DNA of 64,000 nucleotides from an uncultured Gammaproteobacteria bacterium (GTDB lineage Bacteria; Patescibacteriota; Microgenomatia; Levybacterales; GWA1-39-11), in the NCBI GenBank assembly GCA_964436385.1, contig CAYTCO010000002.1:12720-76719 (forward strand), in the 5' to 3' direction. Position 1 is the first letter of the stretch. Every line of letters starts with the position of its first letter. Shown here in pieces: positions 25,153 to 33,641 of the stretch. The notes beneath the pieces are model-generated. The model searched no databases and had not been told where the DNA came from. It saw only the letters and a list, made by a program, of their open reading frames with translations. Both the position numbers and the translations under genes were made by a program.

Positions 25153-26376
25153 ATGCGATACACAAAATTGTTTACCTCAACCCTCAGGCAGCCTCCCCGT
25201 GAAGCAGAAACCACAAACCACAAGTTATTAACCCAAGCAGGATATGTCGATCAGCTTATGGCTGGTGTATATAGTTATCTTCCACTTGGTCTTTCCGTTC
25301 TTCGAAATATAGAACAAATTGTAAGAGAAGAAATGAATGAAATCGGTGGTCAGGAAATTCTAATGCCCGTTTTGCATCCAAAAGAAAATTGGGTAACAAC
25401 CGGTGGATGGGACAGTATAGACGTGCTTTTTAAGATCAAATCTAGGACTGAAAAAGATTATGCTCTGGGTCAGTCTGAGGAGGAGGTCGTAACGCCTCTT
25501 GTTATGGGAAAGGTAAATACACACAAAGATTTGCCTGTAGCAGTCTATCAGATCCATTGGAAATATAGAGATGAGTTGAGGGCAAAATCCGGGATTTTAA
25601 GAGGGCGTGAATTTTTTATGAAGGATATGTATTCTTTCCATGAATCCCAAGAAGATTTTGATTCTTATTACAGAACCGTTAAAGATGCTTATATGAAAGT
25701 ATTTGAAAGGCTGGGCTTAACTTCCAAAGTAACAGAAGCCTCAGGTGGTGCATTTAGTAAGAAAATTTCTTATGAATTTATGGTCCTGACTGATGCTGGT
25801 GAGGACGACATTTTGTACTGTGAAGCCTGCGATTTCTGTGTGAACGTTGAAGTTAATCAAGGCAAAAATGAGGGTGATACATGTCCACGATGTTCTAATT
25901 CAAATCTTAAAAAGGCTCGTGCTTCTGAGGTTGGAAATGTATTTGATTTGGGTCAAAAATATGGGAAAGATTTTGATATGTCTTTTCAGGGGCGGGATGG
26001 ATCAAAGCAATATCCTATTATGGGGTGCTATGGAATAGGAATATCTCGGATTATGGGAGTTATAGTTGAGAAGAGTAATGACGAGCGAGGTATTATATGG
26101 CCAGCAAGCGTTGCTCCTTTTAGCGCTTATCTAGTCTCGATTGGTCGGGACGAGGAAGCAAATGTACTTTACGAAGAGCTTTCTAAGAAGGGAATTAAAG
26201 TCTTGTATGACGATAGAGATAAAAATCCTGGAGAAAAATTTGCAGATTGTGACCTAATGGGAATTCCAAATAGGCTTGTCCTTTCATCAAAGCTTGAGGA
26301 GGGAAAAGTAGAGCTTAAAAAAAGAGCAGAATCAGAGGTTTCGATAGTTTCAAAAGAGGAATTATCTTTTATTTAA
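25153..26376 (+). CDS. proS: prolyl-tRNA synthetase (short bacterial type, no INS editing domain)
   Basis: 407 aa. Class II motifs (FRDE-like RDELRAKSGILRGREF; GCYGIGISR) and a C-terminal anticodon-binding domain. A short 4-Cys insert sits where the INS domain normally lies. Confidence 0.9.
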   Translation: MRYTKLFTSTLRQPPREAETTNHKLLTQAGYVDQLMAGVYSYLPLGLSVLRNIEQIVREEMNEIGGQEILMPVLHPKENWVTTGGWDSIDVLFKIKSRTEKDYALGQSEEEVVTPLVMGKVNTHKDLPVAVYQIHWKYRDELRAKSGILRGREFFMKDMYSFHESQEDFDSYYRTVKDAYMKVFERLGLTSKVTEASGGAFSKKISYEFMVLTDAGEDDILYCEACDFCVNVEVNQGKNEGDTCPRCSNSNLKKARASEVGNVFDLGQKYGKDFDMSFQGRDGSKQYPIMGCYGIGISRIMGVIVEKSNDERGIIWPASVAPFSAYLVSIGRDEEANVLYEELSKKGIKVLYDDRDKNPGEKFADCDLMGIPNRLVLSSKLEEGKVELKKRAESEVSIVSKEELSFI

Positions 26377-26782
26377 TAGGAGTAAGATGTGGATGTTTTC
26401 TGCTTGCTAGATCAGCTACATCTAAGCATATATTCAAAGAATAAGTTATCCAGTCTATTGATGCGTCAGCTTCAATCTTTGTATGAAGTCCTTCAGCATC
26501 TTGGCTGGTTAATTCACGACTTATTGAGTTTTGGGACGGATCAAAATAGATTAAAGTAACCTCTTCATCGGACGAAATCTGATCAATTATAATAGTGCCT
26601 GCTAATGGCGGACATTTTGATAGCAAAACTCCAACGTGGGACCTTATTCTTTGGGCGGTTTTGTCATATTCTTTTTGCAGTGCAGTAATTTCATCTTCAA
26701 TTACGTTTCTTGCTTGAAGAGACTCTGCTCCAATATTTGCTTTGAGTTTTCCCGATTCAATTCCTGGACCCATAAAGAACAA
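26369..26782 (-). CDS. hypothetical protein
   Basis: 137-aa ORF downstream of the repeat protein on the same strand. No motif recognised. Confidence 0.45.
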   Translation of the reverse strand: MFFMGPGIESGKLKANIGAESLQARNVIEDEITALQKEYDKTAQRIRSHVGVLLSKCPPLAGTIIIDQISSDEEVTLIYFDPSQNSISRELTSQDAEGLHTKIEADASIDWITYSLNICLDVADLASRKHPHLTPIK

Positions 26783-26827
26783 TTATAGCATGAAAATTGA
26801 TTGTGAAAAATGAAACTAGCGTCGCAT

Positions 26828-27439
26828 TTATCTTTGTATAAGACCTAATACAATTGCCCAGAAGATTCCCCAAACGACAATAAATACAACTCCAAGAACG
26901 ACAAGTACAGGAAGTGAAATCTTAGCTTTCTTCTTTGCCTCACCTGCTGCAGGGGCTGCACCTGGAACTGGCTTTATGGTACCGCCATTAAAAGAGAAAG
27001 TATTCCCTTCACTAATTGGTCTTGCTGGAGTACTTGTTAAAGCTTGTTCTGCATTTGTTCCAAGGGGTGCGCCTAGACTCGGAGAGGCTGGCCCGCCTAG
27101 ACTCGGAGAGGCTGGCATTTCGGGTACACTGGCCATCGTGGGTTGTGTGGGAGCTGGCTCTGGCCCGCCTAGACTCGGAGAGGCTGGCATTGGTTGTTGG
27201 GGTTGTACCCCTAAAGATGGCATTTGTGGAGACATATCAGCTGGTGGCCCGCCTAGACTCGGCGAGGCTGGTGGCGGAACGGTTGTGGATTGCGCTGGGC
27301 TTTGAACAGATGTTGGCCCGCCTAGACTCGGCGAGGCTGGAAGAGCTCCATTGCCTGATACTGGTACCCCCTTGGTATTCATTACTCTGTCATAAATTTC
27401 TTTTAGCTCTGGCGTGAGGTTGGTTTTCTTTACATCCAT
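26828..27439 (-). CDS. Pro-rich repeat protein with C-terminal transmembrane anchor
   Basis: 203 aa with five ASPSLG(G/A)P motifs and a C-terminal hydrophobic helix, LPVLVVLGVVFIVVWGIFWAIVLGLI. Confidence 0.6.
   Translation of the reverse strand: MDVKKTNLTPELKEIYDRVMNTKGVPVSGNGALPASPSLGGPTSVQSPAQSTTVPPPASPSLGGPPADMSPQMPSLGVQPQQPMPASPSLGGPEPAPTQPTMASVPEMPASPSLGGPASPSLGAPLGTNAEQALTSTPARPISEGNTFSFNGGTIKPVPGAAPAAGEAKKKAKISLPVLVVLGVVFIVVWGIFWAIVLGLIQR
27071..27340. repeat. five dispersed copies of a 21-nt unit GCCTAGACTCGG(A/C)GAGGCTGG
   Basis: Copies at 27071-27091, 27095-27115, 27167-27187, 27251-27271 and 27320-27340. Four are extended to GGCCCGCC.... They encode the ASPSLGG motif on the minus strand. 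Confidence 0.85.
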
Positions 27440-27470
27440 ACATATTAAGTTTAGCTACGTTTGAACTTAC

Positions 27471-27499
27471 TTGTCAAGAGACTTGGCGTAGGGTATACT
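27471..27499 (+). promoter_or_regulatory. sigma70-type promoter (TTGTCA-17-TATACT) for the DHH gene
   Basis: TTGTCA at 27471-27476, a 17-nt spacer and TATACT at 27494-27499, 24 nt upstream of ATG 27524. Confidence 0.55.
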
Positions 27500-27523
27500 A
27501 CTCAACTTTGCTACAATAACACT

Positions 27524-28474
27524 ATGCGAAAAATTATTACACATAAAAGTTGCGACATAGACGCGATTTCAAGCGTTTGGCTTTTGAAACGCTTTTATCC
27601 TAATTGGGATGGGGCAGTAGTGGAATTTGTGAATGCAGGAGAAGGTCTACCTGGTCATTTGGAGGTTAATGCTGGAGATTTTGAAAAGGCCATAGAGACC
27701 ATTGATGGTATTGAGACTATTCACGTTGACACCGGAATGGGCGCTTTAGATCATCACCAAACAGCAGACAACAATACTTGCGGAGCAAGCCTAACACTGC
27801 AGTTTGTTTTAACTAATCACGAATCAAATCTTCACAAGCATGAAATAAAGCTTGAAGCTGTTAAAAGAATTGTCGAGCTTGTTATTGACGATGATCATTT
27901 CCAAGAAGTGTATTATCCGGACTCAAATCACGATATATATGAATTTGGAATTATATCAATAATTCAAGGGTTTAAGCTTATGCACCAAAAGGATGACAGT
28001 GCACTTGTTGAATTTATTTTCCAAACACTTGATGCAGTTTTGCAAAATTTAGAAAAGAAGATTTGGGCAGAGCGTGAAATAAAAGAAAAAGGAATTGAAT
28101 TTGAATCCAAATGGGGAAAAGCAATGGCCGTTGAGACCATAAATGACGAAGTCTTAAAATCAGCGCAAATGATGGGGTATGTAGTTGCTTTACGAAAAGA
28201 TCCTGAAAATGGAGTAGTGAGAATTAAGGCAATGCCGGACAAAAGACAGAAGACAGAAGACGGGAGTCAGAGGGTAGAGGAATTGGGAATTGATTTTACA
28301 CAGGCTTACGAAAAATTGAAGGAAATGGATCCTGAGGCTTCTTGGTTTTTGCACGCATCCAAAAGAATGCTTTTAAACGGATCCTCCAAAAATCCTGAAA
28401 TGAAGGGTAGTTCTCTCACCCTGCAGGAGGTAGTTGGTGTTCTTGTCCAACGAAGAATTGATCTTCTTGGATAG
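27524..28474 (+). CDS. DHH-family phosphoesterase-like protein
   Basis: ITHKSCDIDAISS (DHH motif I/II-like) and HVDTGMGALDHHQ (DHH motif III). Start moved from 27461 because the promoter lies inside the longer ORF. Confidence 0.6.
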   Translation: MRKIITHKSCDIDAISSVWLLKRFYPNWDGAVVEFVNAGEGLPGHLEVNAGDFEKAIETIDGIETIHVDTGMGALDHHQTADNNTCGASLTLQFVLTNHESNLHKHEIKLEAVKRIVELVIDDDHFQEVYYPDSNHDIYEFGIISIIQGFKLMHQKDDSALVEFIFQTLDAVLQNLEKKIWAEREIKEKGIEFESKWGKAMAVETINDEVLKSAQMMGYVVALRKDPENGVVRIKAMPDKRQKTEDGSQRVEELGIDFTQAYEKLKEMDPEASWFLHASKRMLLNGSSKNPEMKGSSLTLQEVVGVLVQRRIDLLG

Positions 28475-28630
28475 GCTCTTTCAGGCATATGCCATTACGC
28501 ATATTATAGACATATAGTTCCTTACAACCTGTTGCAGGAGAAGCTCTTGCTAATACGAAGTTATCCAAGTGCATTAATCATTCTTTTAGGATCAGTTCCA
28601 AATTGTGGGATGTTGTTAGCAATGCTTCAC

Positions 28631-28654
28631 CTTCGTTTATTCGAATAAACGAAG
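28631..28654. repeat. perfect 24-bp palindrome CTTCGTTTATTC/GAATAAACGAAG
   Basis: Self-complementary over all 24 nt. It lies 19 nt beyond the stop of the TrpR/YerC-like gene. Confidence 0.8.
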
Positions 28655-28672
28655 ATGGATAGTTCGAAACAA

Positions 28673-29128
28673 TCAAATTTTTAGCTGACGTTCTTTTTTC
28701 CGAAGATTTTTCCCTTTTTGACTTTTCTTTCTCCAACTTTCAGACTCATATTGCTTGGGTAAGGAAAATTCTAGTGATATTAATTCTAATTTGTTCCACG
28801 TCCTTTCCAGTTTTTCATCCTTCAATATTTTGCTTACGGCCTTTCTATATCCAGTTGCTCCAGATTGTAATTCTTTATCAACACCTGAAACTGTTGACTT
28901 GGATACTTTCAAGGTGTCATCTATCTCTTCGTAATTAAATCCTTTGGTTAAAAGTAGTGCTATGGCAAGTCTTTTTGAAATCATAACCTGTTCGGTTTGG
29001 GTTAATAGACTTTGAAGAAACTCAACTATTGCAGGTCTTGTAGAAAGAACGGCAATATAATTCACAAATATTTCGTTGACGCGTTGTTCGATTTCAGGGT
29101 CTATTTTTCTTCTAGATATCCTTCCCAT
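28673..29128 (-). CDS. TrpR/YerC-YecD-like DNA-binding protein
   Basis: 151 aa. LLTQTEQVMISKRLAIALLLTKGFNYEEIDDTLKVSKSTVSGV fits the TrpR-like helix-turn-helix family, with a basic tail. Confidence 0.65.
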   Translation of the reverse strand: MGRISRRKIDPEIEQRVNEIFVNYIAVLSTRPAIVEFLQSLLTQTEQVMISKRLAIALLLTKGFNYEEIDDTLKVSKSTVSGVDKELQSGATGYRKAVSKILKDEKLERTWNKLELISLEFSLPKQYESESWRKKSQKGKNLRKKERQLKI

Positions 29129-29135
29129 ACTGTTG

Positions 29136-29149
29136 TTCGAATATTCGAA
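29136..29149. promoter_or_regulatory. perfect 14-bp palindrome TTCGAATATTCGAA directly upstream of the TrpR-like gene (candidate operator)
   Basis: Located 8 nt upstream of the start codon at 29128 and followed by TAATCGAAG. Confidence 0.4.
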
Positions 29150-29198
29150 TAATCGAAGTAGTAATCTTGTAATACAAGAAAATTAAATTATTATTAAA

Positions 29199-29717
29199 TT
29201 ATTCGCGTTTGGGGGTTTGGGGTCCTGTGACAAGATTGACAATTTGACTTAGCACAACGCTCGTAAACCTTTTCATTGATTGAGTTCGGTTAAGTTCAAG
29301 GATGCCTAGTACATTCTCGCTTGGAATTGGTGCAGAACTTTTTGAAGTCATAGGATAAGGAGTCAATTTAACCGCCAAGGACGATCTGGCAAATTTTTCA
29401 ATTGGCTTAAATACTACTAATGCAGGAGTTCTGCTCTCGGGGCTTCCACCGAAGCTATAATTTGGATTTGTTGCCGCGTATGCATGTTGTATTGCTTCGA
29501 CTACAAGACTATCGATTTCACGTCGTATATCATGGTAAAGAGTTCGATTTAGATTTGGAGGCTGGACGTTGTACCACACATCAGAATCCAAACCAACTAG
29601 ACTATCGGGCAATAATCCTGTTTCTTTTATGGATTTAGCACGGGCCAAATTAGTGCCGTGAACAGCAATTCCCTCGTCAGGAAGTGATTGGAAAAAATTG
29701 ACGACTTGCTCTCTCAT
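29199..29717 (-). CDS. hypothetical protein
   Basis: 172-aa ORF that starts immediately after the prfA stop. No motif recognised. Confidence 0.5.
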   Translation of the reverse strand: MREQVVNFFQSLPDEGIAVHGTNLARAKSIKETGLLPDSLVGLDSDVWYNVQPPNLNRTLYHDIRREIDSLVVEAIQHAYAATNPNYSFGGSPESRTPALVVFKPIEKFARSSLAVKLTPYPMTSKSSAPIPSENVLGILELNRTQSMKRFTSVVLSQIVNLVTGPQTPKRE

Positions 29718-30647
29718 TTATTCAGCACCAATTTCTTCCTTTTCGGCGGTTTTTAAATCATTTAGCATTTCATCAATTTCTCCGTCCATGAAAGTTGGGA
29801 GATTGTGGTAAGACTTTCCAATTCTGTGATCTGTAACTCTATCTTGCGGAAAATTATATGTACGTATTTTCTCATTTCTCATGCCGGATCCAACCTGAGT
29901 AGACTTAAGTTCAGAAACTTCCAAGTGCTGTTTCTCAACTTCTGCTTCCCACAATTTAGAACGGAGTAGTTCCATTGCGTTTTCTCGATTCTGGTTCTGT
30001 GAGCGTTCACGGGATGCCGTAACAATAATTCCTGATGGGACATGTTTGACTCTTACCGCTGTACTGACCTTGTTAACATTTTGACCTCCGTGCCCTCCAG
30101 CTCTGAAAGCCTCAAATTCTATGTCATCAGGTCTGATATGTAGATCAATGTCTTTTAACTCAGGTAGGATGCTAACAACAGCAGTTGAGGTATGCACGCG
30201 TCCTCTTTTTTCGGTGAGAGGGACTCTTTGGACTCTGTGAACCCCAGATTCAAATTTAAAAAGTCCGAAAGCATTCTTGGAGATAATCTTAATACTGTCC
30301 TCATCAATCATTTCTTTCTGAATATTGTGCCTTTCACAATAACGCAAGTACATTCTCAAAAGCTCTCGGGCAAAAATAGATGCTTCATCTCCTCCAGCAG
30401 CACCTTTCACCTCAATAATTGCATTCCGCCTGTCTAAAGAAGCACTTGGATCAGGCTTTTCATCGTAACTTTGGGCTTCAAATTGAGAGGTGTCGACATG
30501 TTTTTCTAGTTCTTCTTTTTGCTTTTTAAGACTTTGAATCTCCTCATGAGCAAGAACACTCATCTCAGAATCGCCCAATAGCTTTTCAGCTTCGGTGATT
30601 TTGAAATCAATTTCGTAAATTTGTGCAAGGATGTTGTCAGTGTTCAT
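29718..30647 (-). CDS. prfA: peptide chain release factor 1 (short form)
   Basis: GGQ motif (GGHGGQNVNKV) and an RF1-type PxT tripeptide context (RVPLTEKRGRVHTS). Confidence 0.85.
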   Translation of the reverse strand: MNTDNILAQIYEIDFKITEAEKLLGDSEMSVLAHEEIQSLKKQKEELEKHVDTSQFEAQSYDEKPDPSASLDRRNAIIEVKGAAGGDEASIFARELLRMYLRYCERHNIQKEMIDEDSIKIISKNAFGLFKFESGVHRVQRVPLTEKRGRVHTSTAVVSILPELKDIDLHIRPDDIEFEAFRAGGHGGQNVNKVSTAVRVKHVPSGIIVTASRERSQNQNRENAMELLRSKLWEAEVEKQHLEVSELKSTQVGSGMRNEKIRTYNFPQDRVTDHRIGKSYHNLPTFMDGEIDEMLNDLKTAEKEEIGAE

Positions 30648-30720
30648 AATTGGAATTTGTAGAATTGAAACATTGGAGTTTGTTTCGGATTTCGAATTTA
30701 GGATTTCGAATTTAAGGGTG

Positions 30721-31011
30721 TTAACCCTTTTTTAGTGCTTCAAGCATCTCTCGGAGAGTTTTTGGAGAGTTATCTCTATCGTCTTCTTTTTGTGCTTTTT
30801 TAATTAAAGGACGAGCCTGTTCCATTTTCTTTTGGAACTTCTCAATTCTAGATGCTGTGTCAACGAATTTTTGCTGTCCAGTGTAGAATGGGTGGCAATT
30901 GTAACAAAGCTCAATTGTGATTCTTTCGCTTGTTGAGCCCACGTTAAAGGTATTTCCGCAGGAGCAGATTACATTTGCGTCAAAATATTTTGGATGTATC
31001 GCAGCTTTCAT
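30721..31011 (-). CDS. rpmE: 50S ribosomal protein L31
   Basis: MKAAIHPKY, the CSCG...CYNCHPFYTG zinc motif, and a C-terminal basic/acidic extension. Confidence 0.9.
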   Translation of the reverse strand: MKAAIHPKYFDANVICSCGNTFNVGSTSERITIELCYNCHPFYTGQQKFVDTASRIEKFQKKMEQARPLIKKAQKEDDRDNSPKTLREMLEALKKG

Positions 31012-31080
31012 AAGTTCCTATTATAGCCTATTTTTATACTTAAATCAATAAATGTGTACTTAATTCTTAATTCTTGCTTC

Positions 31081-31989
31081 TCACTTCTTTAAAAATAGGT
31101 GGAAGGGGTGCCAGTGAAATCTGCCCTCTGATTGAAAAATTCCCCATATAACCAGCACTGAGCCGATAACAAAAGCAGTGTCAGGGAATTCCCCCAGAAG
31201 AGGGGCTGCAATTAGTATAGTTACTACCGGATCCATGTAAGCAAAGACACTAACGTCGGCAGCCGTGAGGTACTTCAGTGCATAAGTCTGCATAAGATAT
31301 GCAACAAGCGTTGATAGAAAAACTCCGAATAGGAGCCCGATCAAGCCTTGAAAAGAGAGGTCATTCAAAAACCCAAAGTGTTCAACCTCCTTTGCAAACA
31401 TAGGAATGAATCCGACGCTTCCAATTACAAATGACCAGAATGTTATTGTTGCTGCGTTATTTCTCTTCATAACCTGCCTAACAAGAACTATAGAAATAGC
31501 AGCAGCAAGCATTGCAAAGACATAATAAAGATTTCCAATCGCAGCAATGTTCCCATTTTTAAAGAAGGGAAATATAAGAACCAATATCACTCCTAAGAGA
31601 CCTACCACTGATCCAATTACTAAATTTTTTCTTGGTTTTTCTTGCAAGAATAGAAGGGAGTAGAAGACAATAAATATTGGAGCCGAGCTCCCTATCAGAG
31701 CAGCATTTATGCTGGGGGACTGCATCAGACCCAGGAAAAAGAACGTTATATTGACAGTTATTCCCAAAAAACCAAGGACAACAAGCTTAAGTCTGTCTTT
31801 TGGGTGCACCCAAAGCTTAGTTCTAACGAAAGGGAACATTATGAGGGCGGGGAGTGCAAACCGCAGAAAAGCAAGAGTGAAAGGATGGATATCATCAAGT
31901 GCCCATTTGAAAATTGGAGGAGCAGCACCCCAAATCATATTGGCTGCAATAAGTGCAAGAACAGCAAGCTGGGATTTAGATAATTTCAT
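31081..31989 (-). CDS. EamA/DMT-family transporter
   Basis: 302 aa with about 10 hydrophobic helices and the duplicated EamA-like architecture. Confidence 0.8.
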   Translation of the reverse strand: MKLSKSQLAVLALIAANMIWGAAPPIFKWALDDIHPFTLAFLRFALPALIMFPFVRTKLWVHPKDRLKLVVLGFLGITVNITFFFLGLMQSPSINAALIGSSAPIFIVFYSLLFLQEKPRKNLVIGSVVGLLGVILVLIFPFFKNGNIAAIGNLYYVFAMLAAAISIVLVRQVMKRNNAATITFWSFVIGSVGFIPMFAKEVEHFGFLNDLSFQGLIGLLFGVFLSTLVAYLMQTYALKYLTAADVSVFAYMDPVVTILIAAPLLGEFPDTAFVIGSVLVIWGIFQSEGRFHWHPFHLFLKK

Positions 31990-32003
31990 TCCGTTAAAGA
32001 TAA
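31988..32003. repeat. left copy of a perfect 16-bp inverted repeat (ATTCCGTTAAAGATAA)
   Basis: Reverse complement of 32254-32269. It overlaps the EamA start codon and the GIY-YIG pseudogene stop. Confidence 0.8.
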
Positions 32004-32253
32004 AAAACGTTTCAGTCTGTTTGCGAGATATCTCCTGCCCATGCCACTTTTTAAGTATTTTTCTCGTGCTGTGGCATCTTATTTAGTGAGGCAGGCCTCA
32101 TAATATATTAGTTCATATGGTCCTTTATTGCGAGTATAAGTTGATTTGTTGTTTTGGTGTTCGGAGAAACGTTTTCGTAAATCGCTAGTGTAGCCTGTGT
32201 ACCATTTTTTTGTTGCTAAACTTCGTAGCAAGTAAATATAGTAGAATTTGTGG

Positions 32254-32269
32254 TTATCTTTAACGGAAT
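32254..32269. repeat. right copy of the perfect 16-bp inverted repeat (TTATCTTTAACGGAAT)
   Basis: Reverse complement of 31988-32003. It overlaps the hisS stop codon and GIY-YIG codons 2-6. Confidence 0.8.
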
Positions 32270-33432
32270 TCATTCGGCAGGTCTTCTAAAGATACGGTTT
32301 TTTTAACGATTTCGCCTGCCTGTGATTTCGTTCTTATCTCGACTTGGTTGTTTTCAAGAGGAATTGCAATGAATTTTATATTTTTTTTCTCTGCAAATTT
32401 AAATTGTTTGTCAATCTTCGAATTAAAGTCTAGATATAATTCTGCGTTAACTCCTTTTGCGCGAAGAACATTTACAATATTTGAAACCGTTTCTTGATTT
32501 TCGTTTTGATTGATAACAAGAAATCTCGAAGTTGTAAGATCCTTCGGAAACAAGTTATTTGCCTCCATTGCTTCAAGTAATCTATCAAATCCGAAAGCAA
32601 ATCCTACTGCGGGAATATCTTGCCCTGAGAACATACCAATTAATCCGTCATATCGACCGCCTCCACCAACCGAGCCAGCATCAAATCCTTCAATTTCGAC
32701 CTCAACTATAAGCCCAGTGTAATAATCCAATCCTCGAGCAAGTGTCGGTTCAAAGAAAACATAATTTTTTTGTGATCCAAGTATCTTTTCTAAATTTTCA
32801 GTAGGTTTTGAATTTCTGACTTTCTCAAGTAATCCCTCGTCAAGCCCTGCATTTCGAAGTTCAGACTTCACTCCCTCTTCGCCAATCTTTTTTAACTTAT
32901 CAATAATAATAATTGCCCGATTATCCATTCCCTCAAAGACATGTCTATCGTTAACCAAAACTTTAAAGTTTTGGAAGCCCAAAGTCGTCAGACACGAAAT
33001 TACTGTATATAGGACTTCATTGTCAGAAAGGTAGGAGTTGGTTCCTGCGATGTCTATATCGCATTGTAAAAATTCACGATATCGGCCTTTCTGAGTGTTC
33101 TCAGCTCTCCAAACATTTTGAATTTGGTATCTCTTGAATGGCATAGGGAGATCATTTGTGTATTGCGCTATGACACGAGATAGAGGGACGGTCTGGTCGT
33201 ATCTCATGGCAACATTTCGATCCCCGTTATCTTTGAAACGGTACATCAATTTGTCACCTTCTTCACCGTATTTACCCATTAGAATTTCCTCTAGCTCAAG
33301 AGCTGGTGTTTCTAGGGGTTCAAAACCATAAGATTCGAATACCTTTTTCAGGGTTTCTATTACATACTGGCGTTTTCGTGCTTCTTTTGGTAAGAAATCA
33401 CGAAACCCTTTTAATGTTTTTGGTTCAATCAT
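32260..33432 (-). CDS. hisS: histidyl-tRNA synthetase
   Basis: 390 aa. GFRDFLP, RYREFLQCDID, GGGRYDGL and a C-terminal anticodon-binding domain. Confidence 0.9.
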   Translation of the reverse strand: MIEPKTLKGFRDFLPKEARKRQYVIETLKKVFESYGFEPLETPALELEEILMGKYGEEGDKLMYRFKDNGDRNVAMRYDQTVPLSRVIAQYTNDLPMPFKRYQIQNVWRAENTQKGRYREFLQCDIDIAGTNSYLSDNEVLYTVISCLTTLGFQNFKVLVNDRHVFEGMDNRAIIIIDKLKKIGEEGVKSELRNAGLDEGLLEKVRNSKPTENLEKILGSQKNYVFFEPTLARGLDYYTGLIVEVEIEGFDAGSVGGGGRYDGLIGMFSGQDIPAVGFAFGFDRLLEAMEANNLFPKDLTTSRFLVINQNENQETVSNIVNVLRAKGVNAELYLDFNSKIDKQFKFAEKKNIKFIAIPLENNQVEIRTKSQAGEIVKKTVSLEDLPNEFR

Positions 33433-33449
33433 GGTTCAATTATACAGGC

Positions 33450-33641
33450 TTACTGACTTCTTTCAATGTTTTCCTCAATGTATTTTCTAGTGCTAATTTC
33501 GGCAGCACGATCAATAGTTCGAAGTAGTTGTGCTAAGGAGGGGGGATAAGCTCTTCGCATGCCCTCAACTTGCTGTTCAACTTCTGCATCCAATTCATAA
33601 AGATTTGGAGTTGGTTTTTGTTGTATATTTTCTTTTTCCAT
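33450..33641 (-). CDS. hypothetical small protein (63 aa)
   Basis: AAAGGGGG lies about 7 nt upstream of ATG 33641. The ORF overlaps the hisD 3' end by 47 nt. No motif recognised. Confidence 0.35.
   Translation of the reverse strand: MEKENIQQKPTPNLYELDAEVEQQVEGMRRAYPPSLAQLLRTIDRAAEISTRKYIEENIERSQ

Larger units (their letters stand above)
31986..32273 (-). pseudogene. GIY-YIG nuclease-family gene interrupted by an in-frame TAA
   Basis: N-terminal 64 codons (YYIYLLRS...WYTGYTSDLRKRFSEH), then TAA (32079-32081), then 30 more in-frame codons DATAREKYLKSGMGRRYLANRLKRFLSLTE. These align with the C-terminus of the intact paralog at 47293 (ESVLRERYLKSAAGRRWM). The stop aligns with a Glu, consistent with GAA to TAA. 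Confidence 0.7.

Noticed and set aside
26976-27417. Plus-strand ORFs carrying (A)RLDSERLA or PPRLGEAG repeats
   Set aside because: They stay open only because of the repeat DNA. The minus-strand frame has a start context, a coherent Pro-rich repeat and a terminal TM anchor. This is not fully excluded without expression data.
32079-32081. The in-frame TAA in the GIY-YIG gene as a recoded sense codon or programmed readthrough
   Set aside because: TAA terminates many conserved genes here at their expected ends (ychF, the HIT-family gene, hisS and others). A nonsense mutation (GAA to TAA) is the simpler explanation.
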